Assembly (NCBI GenBank): GCA_024276825.1
Contig: JAJRWI010000069.1
Coordinates: 53,459-117,458 of the forward strand
Direction: 5' to 3'
DNA: 64,000 nucleotides
DNA from: an archaeon
Lineage (GTDB): Archaea; Asgardarchaeota; Thorarchaeia; Thorarchaeales; Thorarchaeaceae
The translations under genes were made by a program, and so were the position numbers. Numbering within the stretch: the stretch's first letter is position 1; each line of letters begins with the position of its first letter. Under the pieces are notes generated by a model, which had not been told where the DNA came from, searched no databases, and saw only the letters and a program-made list of their open reading frames with translations. This document shows positions 40,075 through 50,551 of this stretch, piece after piece.

Positions 40075-40223
40075 CCTGTTATATTCTGGACCATTGTCCT
40101 ATGGAAATATCCCATTATTTGAATATGACTTCATTGCTCGGCAATTATGAGTGGTTAATATGAAATTCAACGCGCCCACGCAAAATCTTATCTTCATTAC
40201 ATAGGTCTTTTCAGTGCACAAAA

Positions 40224-43115
40224 ATGTCACTATCACTACTAAACAAAACACGATTAGCGGCCCTTCTGATAATGGGGCTTCTTATTGCTCCGAACCCTAT
40301 ATTACTCACAAGTGCTAGGAGTTCGTCAGCCCAAATAGCCCGGGTTTTCATTGATCCAAAGATTGAGGATTTTGTGACAGACAACCCTGACGGAAAGATT
40401 CCGATAATTATGAAGTTTCAGGATGGGATGAAATTTAATGACATCTCCAAGATAATAGAGGGAATGGATATTCCGGGTATAGAAGTGCGGCATGTTTTCC
40501 ATCTGATACCAATGGTTTCAGCATATGTGCCCAGAAATGTCCTTGGTCAGCTGGAAAGTGTTACATCGTTGGTTGGAATCGCTCTGGATGACAAGAAGAC
40601 TATTCTACCACTGACAGAACACAACGATTGGATCATATCTACACCAGAGGGATACATTCACTCAGATGAGTTGCTCGGGGCCACTGATCTATGGGATCAA
40701 GGATACAATGGGAGTGATGTAACAATTGCAATTATTGACACAGGTGCTATGGGAGATCATCCAGACCTCCAAAATAGAATAATAGGATTCAAGGATTTCA
40801 TAAATAATTTAGATGATCTAGACCCATCAGATGGGATTGATGCATATGATGATAATGGTCATGGAACAGCTTGTGCATGGCTTGCCGCAGGGACTGGAAA
40901 AAACACAGGTTTCAACCACTCAGGAATGGCTCCTGGAGCAGACCTGTTGATAATTAAGGCGCTAGATGCAGAAGGGTCAGCTGACAACAGTATTTTATCT
41001 CAGGCCATCGAGTATGCTGCAGACTATGGTGTGGATGTAATTAGTATTAGTGTTGGGGGAGACTGGACCGATGGTCTTCTTTCACTTGATTCCACCATAT
41101 TATCAGTGAAGAGCGCGATTGAATTAGGCGTCACTGTTGTTATTGCTGCTGGAAATAGCGGCCCTGCCACAAACACAATAAACTCCCCAGGCCTTGTTGA
41201 GGAGGCAATCACAGTTGGGGCATCCGTTGCAGATCAAGGTGTGGTGGACTTCAGCAGCAGGGGACCTGTTGAGTTCGTTTCTGAGCAACCCAAGGGAGTA
41301 TTTGCAAAGCCAGATATTGTAGCACCGGGCTATCAAGTTCTCTCTGGACGCTGGTATTCGTCAGATCCTTTTGAGTACCCACCAGATGATGACTTTGGAC
41401 CATATTACACCCTGTTTTCGGGCACATCAGCCTCTGCACCACAAGTAGCAGGTCTGGTCGCTCTACTGAAGGACAAATACAGTACTCTAACGCCGTTGCA
41501 GGCAAAGCTAGCCTTGATGAAAGGTGCTACTGATCTCAATGAAGACCCAATGGCCCAAGGTTGGGGTCTTGCAAATGTGTCAAGGGCAGCAGAATTGCTT
41601 GAGCTTGATCCCATTACAATCATGAGCCCAAGGCGATTTCCAGTGTTGCCTGATGGAACTAATGTCTTTGTCTATGGTGAAACACGCAAGCCGCAAAATG
41701 TGACTGTCATTTCTCAGATTGACAGAGGGCAACTGACAATCACGACTTCAGGCAATGCGAGTGCGTTCATTGAAGTTGATGATGAAGTGGGTGTTTCCAA
41801 AGGATATTCATACTTTAGCATTGGTCTAGCAATCCCAGAAGACCTCCCACTCAGTGCAATTGGAAATTATTTCGGAGTTCTTGAATTAAAGGAAGACTCA
41901 GCAGTAATTGCATCCATGGACTTGAAACTGAGAGTCACCACCTATGGTGGATCGCTCCTGGTTGATAGTTCTCACCATTCAAGCCTAGATCCAGACAGCC
42001 CCGATTCATATAGATACTTTGGTGAATATTTGAGAGAACAGGGAATAGTAATGGAAGAGCTGGGCAGTGTTGAGGCCCCTGCCACCATCACACTTGAAAC
42101 TCTTCTGAAGCATGAAGCATTCATGATCATGGACACAGAGCTTACATATTCGGAAGAGGAGATTGAAGCTATTCATAGTTTCGTCAAGCAGGGAGGAACA
42201 TTATTGATTCTTTCAGAGTTTTACAACTCGACAACTCAAGTTGCAAGCTTTGCCATTGACTCGTATAATCAGATTCTAGAGCCCTTTGGAATTCAGTGTG
42301 AGAGATATGAGATAGGCGTCGGTTCATCAGCATATGTTGGACGAGTGTATGGAGCGAACCACGGAGGAGCTGTGGAAAACCATTCTCTTACTGAGGGGGT
42401 CGAGGACCTTTACATTCTTTATGGCAGCACATTAAGTGTTGATCCTTCAGTGGCCGGTGCTCAAGGACTCTTATGGACTGATAGCGCTCGAACACATGCA
42501 TTAATCGCCTATGCAGAATTTGGAGAGGGCAAAGTAATTGCCATTTCAGATGGGTCAACGCTATATGACACTACAATCTACGACGCTATCAAAGCAGGTG
42601 CTGACAATCTAAGACTCCTGGAAAATGTCGCCAATGAGATGACTACAAAAGCACCAAGAGTCTTGAATGTCATTGTAAATATCAACCGTAGTGATAATAG
42701 AGGGAATGTGACCGCTTACATCTTTGATGAGGACTTGGTTGATGTCAGTATTACGCTGCAATTGCCAAATGGCACTAAGATTGTGGGACCAGTCGATGAA
42801 TCACTAGGATACAAATTCGCCATGAGTTTTGATATACCCAGTGCAGGGTTCTACATGTTGAATATCACATCTATTGACTCTGCAGGGCACACAAAGCAGG
42901 TTATAGAGAAATTTCTGATTCCAGTAAGACCCGTAGAGGACACTGTTTTAATGACTGTGCTCTTGGGACTTCTAGGTGTTATTGGAATAAGTCTTGGATA
43001 TGTAGGACTCAAGAGGTTCATTGGGGGTAAGAAGAAGCATCGCGAATGGGAGCCCCAATGGATAGATGATGGTAGGGGACCACCACCATCTTCTAGTCCT
43101 CCAGAGATCGTATAG
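40224..43115 (+). CDS. Membrane-anchored S8 protease with Site-1-protease (MBTPS1/SKI-1)-like domain architecture
   Basis: Triad IIDTG / HGTACA / GTSASAP; AAGNSG; post-catalytic Ig-like and alpha/beta domains; C-terminal TM and Pro-rich cytoplasmic tail. Confidence 0.9.
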   Translation: MSLSLLNKTRLAALLIMGLLIAPNPILLTSARSSSAQIARVFIDPKIEDFVTDNPDGKIPIIMKFQDGMKFNDISKIIEGMDIPGIEVRHVFHLIPMVSAYVPRNVLGQLESVTSLVGIALDDKKTILPLTEHNDWIISTPEGYIHSDELLGATDLWDQGYNGSDVTIAIIDTGAMGDHPDLQNRIIGFKDFINNLDDLDPSDGIDAYDDNGHGTACAWLAAGTGKNTGFNHSGMAPGADLLIIKALDAEGSADNSILSQAIEYAADYGVDVISISVGGDWTDGLLSLDSTILSVKSAIELGVTVVIAAGNSGPATNTINSPGLVEEAITVGASVADQGVVDFSSRGPVEFVSEQPKGVFAKPDIVAPGYQVLSGRWYSSDPFEYPPDDDFGPYYTLFSGTSASAPQVAGLVALLKDKYSTLTPLQAKLALMKGATDLNEDPMAQGWGLANVSRAAELLELDPITIMSPRRFPVLPDGTNVFVYGETRKPQNVTVISQIDRGQLTITTSGNASAFIEVDDEVGVSKGYSYFSIGLAIPEDLPLSAIGNYFGVLELKEDSAVIASMDLKLRVTTYGGSLLVDSSHHSSLDPDSPDSYRYFGEYLREQGIVMEELGSVEAPATITLETLLKHEAFMIMDTELTYSEEEIEAIHSFVKQGGTLLILSEFYNSTTQVASFAIDSYNQILEPFGIQCERYEIGVGSSAYVGRVYGANHGGAVENHSLTEGVEDLYILYGSTLSVDPSVAGAQGLLWTDSARTHALIAYAEFGEGKVIAISDGSTLYDTTIYDAIKAGADNLRLLENVANEMTTKAPRVLNVIVNINRSDNRGNVTAYIFDEDLVDVSITLQLPNGTKIVGPVDESLGYKFAMSFDIPSAGFYMLNITSIDSAGHTKQVIEKFLIPVRPVEDTVLMTVLLGLLGVIGISLGYVGLKRFIGGKKKHREWEPQWIDDGRGPPPSSSPPEIV

Positions 43116-44391
43116 GACCAAGAGTTGATTCCAGTAATTCATGAAGCTGTGTGTATCGAGGTTTCAGAAGTGGTTCCTCGGAAACCTTCACACCCCTCTT
43201 AATTCCGCTATATATCTGATATCCAATCCTTGCACCCATTCGTGCGGCAACAACTTGTCCACCAACTAGTCTGCCATCCTTATCAGCTATAAGGGCAATC
43301 TTGGCGAACTCGGCAGGGTCCTCAAAATAATGAATACTGGTTTCTATTTCAAAATCATTGGCAAGGGTTGATGAGAGACCTATAGAGATGATATCGGTGG
43401 AAAAAATGCGATCATATTGATAACGAATGGCGAGATCATCATAGACTTTGTTTAGGCCAATAGCAAGAACAGCAGCTTGGCGCCCGCCACGAGCGGCCAT
43501 GCTTGCCACCGGCATGAGAAATGTCTTGCCAGTTATTGAATCAGTTATCTCTGCACAATCACCCACTGCATATACATCTGGATTAGAGGTTTCCATTTTA
43601 TGATTGACAAGAATTCCCCCATAGGGGCCAAGTTTAAGACCCATCTTCTCTGCAATTACAATGTTTGGTCGAACACCAGTCATGCAGATAACAGCATCGA
43701 CGGGAATCTCCTTGTCTTGAATCGTCACACTCTCAACATGACCATTGCCATTGATTGATGTGATTGAAGAACCAATATGGACATTTATGGAAGATGGAAT
43801 TCTCTTTAATACTTCATTCGAGAGTTCTTCTTCCAGCAGGGTTCTTAGAATTCGTGAACGTATCACAATGTGGACCTGCTTTCCCAAGCGATGAAATTGC
43901 TCAGCCATCTCAAGTCCACTGAACCCAGCACCAATGACAACTATTGAGTTGATTGAGTCAAGTCTATTGCCAATCATTCTTGCATCAAAGATGTTTTTGA
44001 TTGTCAATACTCCTTCAAGGTCAGCACCGTCAACTGGTGGCACAATAGGTACGCCGCCAGTTGCAATGATTAGCTTGTCAAAGTTGATATTGAGAGATGT
44101 TCCATCCTTCTTTTTTGTGATCAATGTCTTTGAAGACATATCGCAGTCAATGACTCTAGTTCCTGTCATCACATTAATGCCCTTTTTCTTGAGAGAATCA
44201 AGAGACCAATCATCAATATCAAGAACTTCTGTTTCGGGGGTTCTAATCGCCAATGAAATGCCTGGTCTCCTGTGTGCGTTTGACTCTTCTTCAGTAATGA
44301 TTGTGACCTCAGTGTCGCGTGCGAATGTCTTTGCAGTCACTGCTGCTGCCACTCCGCCAGGACCATAGCCAATGATTGCAAGCTTCATCAT
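43093..44391 (-). CDS. FAD-dependent pyridine nucleotide-disulfide oxidoreductase family protein
   Basis: GYGPGG, ATGG, GAGFSGLE, TGVRPN, TSNPDVYAVGD. Confidence 0.9.
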   Translation of the reverse strand: MMKLAIIGYGPGGVAAAVTAKTFARDTEVTIITEEESNAHRRPGISLAIRTPETEVLDIDDWSLDSLKKKGINVMTGTRVIDCDMSSKTLITKKKDGTSLNINFDKLIIATGGVPIVPPVDGADLEGVLTIKNIFDARMIGNRLDSINSIVVIGAGFSGLEMAEQFHRLGKQVHIVIRSRILRTLLEEELSNEVLKRIPSSINVHIGSSITSINGNGHVESVTIQDKEIPVDAVICMTGVRPNIVIAEKMGLKLGPYGGILVNHKMETSNPDVYAVGDCAEITDSITGKTFLMPVASMAARGGRQAAVLAIGLNKVYDDLAIRYQYDRIFSTDIISIGLSSTLANDFEIETSIHYFEDPAEFAKIALIADKDGRLVGGQVVAARMGARIGYQIYSGIKRGVKVSEEPLLKPRYTQLHELLESTLGPIRSLED

Positions 44392-47300
44392 TTGGACCTC
44401 CGCTTTGCTAGAGACTGGATTATCTTTACAGATATAATTAAAGTAAACGCTCCAGCAATAATGAGAACCAGATTTGAATAATCTTCCACGATTACAAGCA
44501 CTTCAAATTGGCTCTCAATTGTTGTATCGAACTGTGTGCTGACTATTGCATATACCTCATAAGTTCCAGCACTTAGAGAGGATGGTGAAACATCGATATT
44601 GTACACGCCTTCGGAACCTGATAGCGTAAAGTTGAGCCATAGACCATAGGAAGCCTTCAGCCCCAGTTTTACAGACTCAACAAATGAATAGCCTTCAATG
44701 ATTATCTTGCCAGTGATGCTCTCGCTGATCAATGGACCAACTCGAATTTGGTTGCTGTCCAAGTAAGCACTGGTGATTTTAATCTCAAGAGCAGCGCCTA
44801 GTGAGAGCAAGAGAGGAGGCAGAGAGTACGATTCATTGAGAGACTTCACAGAGAAGATCAGACTTGACACGCCATCCAGAGGAAGACCTAAATCTTCAAT
44901 GTAATTGGGAATATTTACAGTGATCACCGACTGCCCAGAAACTGATGATGAATACACGGTGGTGAAGTCTCCAGCCACAAAATCCCAATTGATCGAGAAG
45001 TCTGACGGGGGATTATCGCGATCATACATTCGAAGTGTCGCAGTCAGGTTCCCATCATCGATTGTGAGATTGAGCCCAGTCACAAGGGGACGCCACTGAT
45101 ATTTCAAAGTGAATTTTTCTGTACTATCGATATCAGCCAATGAAGTGTTATGAGTGGCAACCGATGCGGAGCCCAGCAATGAGTTTGGCCGCTTTAGACT
45201 CAAGAATAATGCAGAGTCGCCCACCCAAGTACTGGCAACGAGTGATGATGGAATAAACTGTGATCCCGACCATTCATATACCATCGCGCCACTCTGGGTG
45301 ATGTTGACCAAATAGTCGACCCCAGCATTTCCCGTACTTTCTGAATTATCATTGTCCCAGTAAAATGACAGGACAGTCCCATCACTTAGGTCTGGAGCCC
45401 CCCTAAGCTCTACACCAATATTCACTGTATCGGTTTCCATGTATGCATAGACCGAGATGATGTCATGATTCTCTTTGATTGATGGGTCTTCAGAGTCTGT
45501 GATTAATGGCGAGATTCCGGCCCAATCATTAAGATTGATTTCGGCATCAATGCTTTGATTTAGAGCATGTTGAACAGACCAGAGGGTATTCACAAGGCCA
45601 TAGCCAAATTTGAAATTGGCCTCAGAATAGTGTTTGTTGGCACCACCAGCACCCTGAATCAGCGCAGTATAGTCGACCCATGCATCTGCTGCGCCTGATG
45701 CCTGTTTGATCAACGCTAGGGCTCCAGCAACATGTGGAGCAGCCATGCTGGTTCCAGAGCGGGTTGTCCACAGGTTGCTAAGACTGTTTAATGCAGCTCT
45801 AATTGAAACGCCAGGAGCAATGACTTGTGGCTTCTCCACGCCATCAATCCTGGGACCAAGGCTTGATGATGGGCTTGCGTCATGAGTAGACTCGTCATAC
45901 GATGTAACCGTCACCCCAAGATCTGCTGTGCCAGGTGAGCTTATCGTATATTGGGAGGTCACCTGACTTAGAAAACGAAGTCCCGAGCCAGCCCAAGCCC
46001 CATCCCAAGCGTATGCATGAACTGTGACTGCACTTCCACTCGGATTGTAAAGAGAGAGCCGCCAGTTGCCAGATGACCAGTTGTAGTCACTTGCGGATAT
46101 CTGAATAATGACCCTGTTAATGCCTCTCTGACTCTCATCAAAGAAGACGTAAGCATTGATCTCGGAGGTCGAGATTGACCATGCCTTATTCTTGTTCTGC
46201 TTGAAAGACCCAAGATCAAGCTCATCATCCGAGGGGCTCGTGAGAAGGATATGCTCATCGTCATCATTGCTATGCCAGAGTATGTTCACGAATGAGTACT
46301 GAGGAGGATTGTTAACACTCAATGTTGCTGTACCTGTAGTTCCGGAATTGACAATGAACATCGCATGCTTTGGCCTGCCACCCAGATTGCCTGCAGCCAG
46401 TGTTGACAGGACTCCCTTTATCCTGAATGCCTCTGAAATGGCAAGGTCTTCAATATCAGTGCCATCGAGAAATCCAAGATAACTTGAGAATGACATGTTG
46501 ATGACATCAGCATCATTGCTCACAGCAAAATGAATGGCATCCAAGATCGAAGCAGAATCAAGGGGGCTCTTTACAATCAACAAGTCCGCTCCTGGAGCAA
46601 CTCCCACCATCGATGTGTATCCCGGTTGACCCCCAGCAATGGTTGATGCCACATGAGTGCCATGCCCGTGAGGGTCTGAGTCAAATGCCGCATCTGTCAG
46701 ATTGACACCACGGACATATACATTACCAGTATACTGATCATATAGATAAGCAACTTTTGATTCGCCAAGAATCACTGCATCCTCATCTGGAAGAGTAATA
46801 ATCCCATCATGATTGGAGTCTACGCCCCCAAGCCATCTCTCTCCAGCGGTGAAGTCAAATCTGTCATTATTGTTTATATCAATATACAGATAATCCGTTG
46901 CAATGCTTATTGAAGAAACATCACTGCCCTCGATGCAGTTGATTGGACCCTCATCAGCATCAGCAATGGAGTCATTGTCAATGTCAAGATAGTAGTCTGA
47001 CCCACTCTGAATGACATTGAGGGGGCTCGTTGAGGGTCTCCAGAATGAGGGATGTAACCATGAGATGCCTGTATCAATAACTGCGACTAGAGTGCCGGTC
47101 CCATCGATGCTTTTACCATCAACTTGAAGGTTTTCCCACACATCAGGGGCTTTTATTGCAGGAACTGAGGTAGTGAGTGAGGGATAGAACTGCTTTGAGC
47201 CAGAGCTTGCACGAACAAGACCTAACAACTCAAGTGCCTGAATTGTTGAAGCACTTGGTATTTTGGCACTATACACCCTTCCGATATGAATGATGGATGA

Positions 47301-47603
47301 CCCCCGTCTTGCAAAACTCACACCATAAAGTTCAGCATCACGAATTTCATTGCTGGATAGTTCATGATCAAACTCTAGAAGAGCCTTTACAAGTTGGCCA
47401 TCAGCAAGTGCTTGCTTCTTAGTACTGGTCAGTTCAAGAAGGAGCGAGCTCTCAATCTGCACCCTTGAGTTGGAAAGAGTAATGTCTCCTGTATTCATAA
47501 TGATCATGCGATTAGACATGGTTGGTGTAAACAATAAAGGTATGAGTAGAATAAGGGCTAACGCAATTTGACGGGCAGTGTTCATCAATGAAACCTCCAA
47601 CAT
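44388..47603 (-). CDS. Membrane-anchored S8 serine protease with Ca-binding-like insert
   Basis: VIDTG / HGTHVAS / GTSMAAPH; AAGN; DxDxD motifs between catalytic Asp and His; C-terminal TM. Confidence 0.92.
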   Translation of the reverse strand: MLEVSLMNTARQIALALILLIPLLFTPTMSNRMIIMNTGDITLSNSRVQIESSLLLELTSTKKQALADGQLVKALLEFDHELSSNEIRDAELYGVSFARRGSSIIHIGRVYSAKIPSASTIQALELLGLVRASSGSKQFYPSLTTSVPAIKAPDVWENLQVDGKSIDGTGTLVAVIDTGISWLHPSFWRPSTSPLNVIQSGSDYYLDIDNDSIADADEGPINCIEGSDVSSISIATDYLYIDINNNDRFDFTAGERWLGGVDSNHDGIITLPDEDAVILGESKVAYLYDQYTGNVYVRGVNLTDAAFDSDPHGHGTHVASTIAGGQPGYTSMVGVAPGADLLIVKSPLDSASILDAIHFAVSNDADVINMSFSSYLGFLDGTDIEDLAISEAFRIKGVLSTLAAGNLGGRPKHAMFIVNSGTTGTATLSVNNPPQYSFVNILWHSNDDDEHILLTSPSDDELDLGSFKQNKNKAWSISTSEINAYVFFDESQRGINRVIIQISASDYNWSSGNWRLSLYNPSGSAVTVHAYAWDGAWAGSGLRFLSQVTSQYTISSPGTADLGVTVTSYDESTHDASPSSSLGPRIDGVEKPQVIAPGVSIRAALNSLSNLWTTRSGTSMAAPHVAGALALIKQASGAADAWVDYTALIQGAGGANKHYSEANFKFGYGLVNTLWSVQHALNQSIDAEINLNDWAGISPLITDSEDPSIKENHDIISVYAYMETDTVNIGVELRGAPDLSDGTVLSFYWDNDNSESTGNAGVDYLVNITQSGAMVYEWSGSQFIPSSLVASTWVGDSALFLSLKRPNSLLGSASVATHNTSLADIDSTEKFTLKYQWRPLVTGLNLTIDDGNLTATLRMYDRDNPPSDFSINWDFVAGDFTTVYSSSVSGQSVITVNIPNYIEDLGLPLDGVSSLIFSVKSLNESYSLPPLLLSLGAALEIKITSAYLDSNQIRVGPLISESITGKIIIEGYSFVESVKLGLKASYGLWLNFTLSGSEGVYNIDVSPSSLSAGTYEVYAIVSTQFDTTIESQFEVLVIVEDYSNLVLIIAGAFTLIISVKIIQSLAKRRSK

Positions 47604-47606
47604 TCT

Positions 47607-48962
47607 TTATTTCACGATAATATCGATATCATCAAAGACAATATCGGGACCAATTAATCCCATTAAAAATGACTGCTCTCTTGCAACCTCCCTGACATTC
47701 TTCAATAGGTTGAATATATTGCCCGCAACCATAAGACCAGGGATTGAGCCCATCATTTCGCCATTTTGAATCAGAATTGCAGGGTTGCCAACAACACTGA
47801 AGTCACCAGATTCTGGATTAGAACTATGGGCACCCTGAACATTTCGGACGTAGTACCCAAACTCGATCTCAGAGAGGATGTTGGAAATTGAGCGCTTCCC
47901 ATACTCGACAACAATGGTGGTTGGAGATATCTCAACAAGCCCCTGACGCTTGTTCCGCCTTGCGTTTCCAGTGCTCTTGACACCCATCTTATTTGCCCAG
48001 TATGTATCCCATAGAAAGGATCGTAGTATACCATTCTCAATTAATGGTGTCTTCTGTCGTGGCACACCCTCATCATCAGCCTTGCTTGTAAAGAGTCCCT
48101 TTGGGTGCGTCCCATCATCATAGATGTTGATCACATCAGAGGCTATCGACTCGCCAATTCTATCACCAATTCGAGACTTGCCTCTTGCAACATTATCACC
48201 ACGAAGCGATTGGATGAGAGTAAAATTCATCAACTGGCTGTAAGCATGAGGGCTCATAACAACAGTGTACTTTCCACTCTTTCCTTCCACTTGGCTTTTG
48301 CAGAATTTCAAGAGTGATGCCGCTTCATCTATTATGCCCTCCAAGTTCAGATTCAAATCACGTCGTATATCATATGACATTACCATAGGTGTCATTCCTG
48401 ATCGAGTCTGTGCAACAGCCCCAAGAAAGGCATAAGCTATGGTTTCACGTTCCGAAACGCTTACTCCATTGCTATTGCAATAAGCTGAATGATAACTAGT
48501 TGCACCGCTGCCACCAAATGCGGGTATTAGGCCTTCCAAAGCCTGAATTGAGTTTGTGATGAGTTCATTGGTTGTCTTGACAATTTCAGAAGGATCACTC
48601 GATTCTACGGATTCATTCCATAGTTCTGGGATATCACGGTAGGTGGCAGGATGGGGGATGTCAGTCCAGTCGGGGTCCTCGGTAGTGACCTTGGCAGCGG
48701 CCATGGCCATCTTTATCGCATCCTCAGCAGCTTCTTTAGTTGGACTAGTGAGAAATGCAGAACCCATCTTACTGCCAACATATAATCGAATGCTGATTTC
48801 ATCAACCATTTTTCTATTGACCCCGCTCACTTGCGCGAGCTCTATTTGTGCATCGAGTTCTGAAATAGACGTGGCTTGGGCTTCAATCGCTGTAGCGCCA
48901 AATTCCTTGCCCTTCTTGACGATATAATCGCACAGATCTAGTAGTAGATTCTCATCGGTCAT
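47607..48962 (-). CDS. pmbA: PmbA/TldE protein
   Basis: DDEGVP, STGNA, NPESGDFS; no HExxxH; downstream of tldD. Confidence 0.9.
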   Translation of the reverse strand: MTDENLLLDLCDYIVKKGKEFGATAIEAQATSISELDAQIELAQVSGVNRKMVDEISIRLYVGSKMGSAFLTSPTKEAAEDAIKMAMAAAKVTTEDPDWTDIPHPATYRDIPELWNESVESSDPSEIVKTTNELITNSIQALEGLIPAFGGSGATSYHSAYCNSNGVSVSERETIAYAFLGAVAQTRSGMTPMVMSYDIRRDLNLNLEGIIDEAASLLKFCKSQVEGKSGKYTVVMSPHAYSQLMNFTLIQSLRGDNVARGKSRIGDRIGESIASDVINIYDDGTHPKGLFTSKADDEGVPRQKTPLIENGILRSFLWDTYWANKMGVKSTGNARRNKRQGLVEISPTTIVVEYGKRSISNILSEIEFGYYVRNVQGAHSSNPESGDFSVVGNPAILIQNGEMMGSIPGLMVAGNIFNLLKNVREVAREQSFLMGLIGPDIVFDDIDIIVK

Positions 48963-48974
48963 GAATTAGTCCTC

Positions 48975-50363
48975 CTAATGCTTGCCTCCAAATGTTATTC
49001 CGCCCTTGCTGAATCTCACATGAGGGCCACCAGATGCAACAAACGCGTTCTGGCCTTTTCCACACCTTCCCAATTCCCATGGAAAGTCTTCTTTCGATAT
49101 TGCGTCTATCTTAAACAACGAGTCAGTAGCAATCCCAGATATTGATAGATCAGTGACAGGCCTTGCAATCTCACCATTAACAATCTCATAGGCCTCTTGT
49201 ATGCCCACCTGAAAGCTTGCATTCATTTGGGCTTGACCACCACGAAAGTCAGCACAGTAGTATCCGAAGTCGATTCCTTCGAAGATCTCTTCTGGAGTGT
49301 GATCACCTTTTTCAAAGAATGTGTTTCTCATTCGGATTATAGGAACATATAGATAACTTTCAGCCCTTGCATTTCCAGTGGGTCTAAGACCCATCTTTGC
49401 TGCATACTCCCGGTTTGTCATTAGTTCAGTCAGAACAGAGTCTTTGATTATCTCGACCCTGCTTGTTGGAACACCCTCATCATCATATGGTGCAGTGCCT
49501 AAGTTTCCTGCAATTGTACCATCATCAGTCATATTGACACCCTCAGCAGCAACTACTTCGCCAAGCTTTCCATTGAATGCGCTGTTTACAGTGAGATCAG
49601 CTTCAGCAAGATGACCCAGTGCTTCATGTGCTAAAACACCAATTACTCTTGGACCTAAGACACAAGGGAATGAACCAGCTTTTGCAGGAACACCCTCTAA
49701 TTGCAGACGGACACGTTCAGCTACCTGCTTTCCTATCTCTTCTGGAGTTGCGATCTTCTCAAGAAACTCCCAACCCTGATGAGTGGAGGCGTCTTCATAT
49801 CGAGCTGCACTCAACCGCGTTCCATCTTTTCCGGTCACCCAGGGATAGACCCAGACAAGCATAATGCGGGATTGAATACGCGTGCCCTCAGAAGTCATCA
49901 AATACTTGTGGCCAGAGGCGGTCATAATCTTAACAGTCACTGCAGTGATTCGAACATCATAGGACTTGATGAACTTGGTAGTTTCTGTCAAATAACCCAT
50001 TTTTTCCTCGATTGGAACATAGCGGGGATCTCTAGCAATGGGCAGGTCTACAACATCTTCAACAGGCGCAACGTCCGTCAATTGGATAGGTTCTCTTCTG
50101 CTAACTGCTGCAGCACGAGCCATACTAGTCGCATTTTTAACAGCTTCATCTAATGATGACAGATCACTTGTTGTGACAAATCCCCAAGCACCATCGGCCA
50201 AGACCCGAACAGCAACACCCTGCTCAACTCGTTGGGTAAGCGCATTTACACGAAAGTCATCCATCTGTATATATTCGTTAAATCCAGATTCGCCTCTGAG
50301 TTCAACATATTGCGCGCCTAGGCTTTGTCCGACTTCAATAGCTTTCTCCAAAATTTCCAACAT
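48975..50363 (-). CDS. tldD: TldD metalloprotease
   Basis: HEALGH, YDDEG, TGNARA, RMRNT, CGKGQ. Confidence 0.93.
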   Translation of the reverse strand: MLEILEKAIEVGQSLGAQYVELRGESGFNEYIQMDDFRVNALTQRVEQGVAVRVLADGAWGFVTTSDLSSLDEAVKNATSMARAAAVSRREPIQLTDVAPVEDVVDLPIARDPRYVPIEEKMGYLTETTKFIKSYDVRITAVTVKIMTASGHKYLMTSEGTRIQSRIMLVWVYPWVTGKDGTRLSAARYEDASTHQGWEFLEKIATPEEIGKQVAERVRLQLEGVPAKAGSFPCVLGPRVIGVLAHEALGHLAEADLTVNSAFNGKLGEVVAAEGVNMTDDGTIAGNLGTAPYDDEGVPTSRVEIIKDSVLTELMTNREYAAKMGLRPTGNARAESYLYVPIIRMRNTFFEKGDHTPEEIFEGIDFGYYCADFRGGQAQMNASFQVGIQEAYEIVNGEIARPVTDLSISGIATDSLFKIDAISKEDFPWELGRCGKGQNAFVASGGPHVRFSKGGITFGGKH

Positions 50364-50551
50364 TGTATTTGACCTCAGATTGTAGGGCTGTTATCAGACC
50401 TTGCTAGTCATGCTAATAAACTTCATCTACAAGGCGATTCCCAATTATTTTCATTCAGAACCCCAATCTTTGTAGTATTGCATCAATTGGTTAATATACG
50501 AAAAGTATCCTATTATAATCGGTTTTCAAAAAAGTGGCCAGAGTGTTATAG

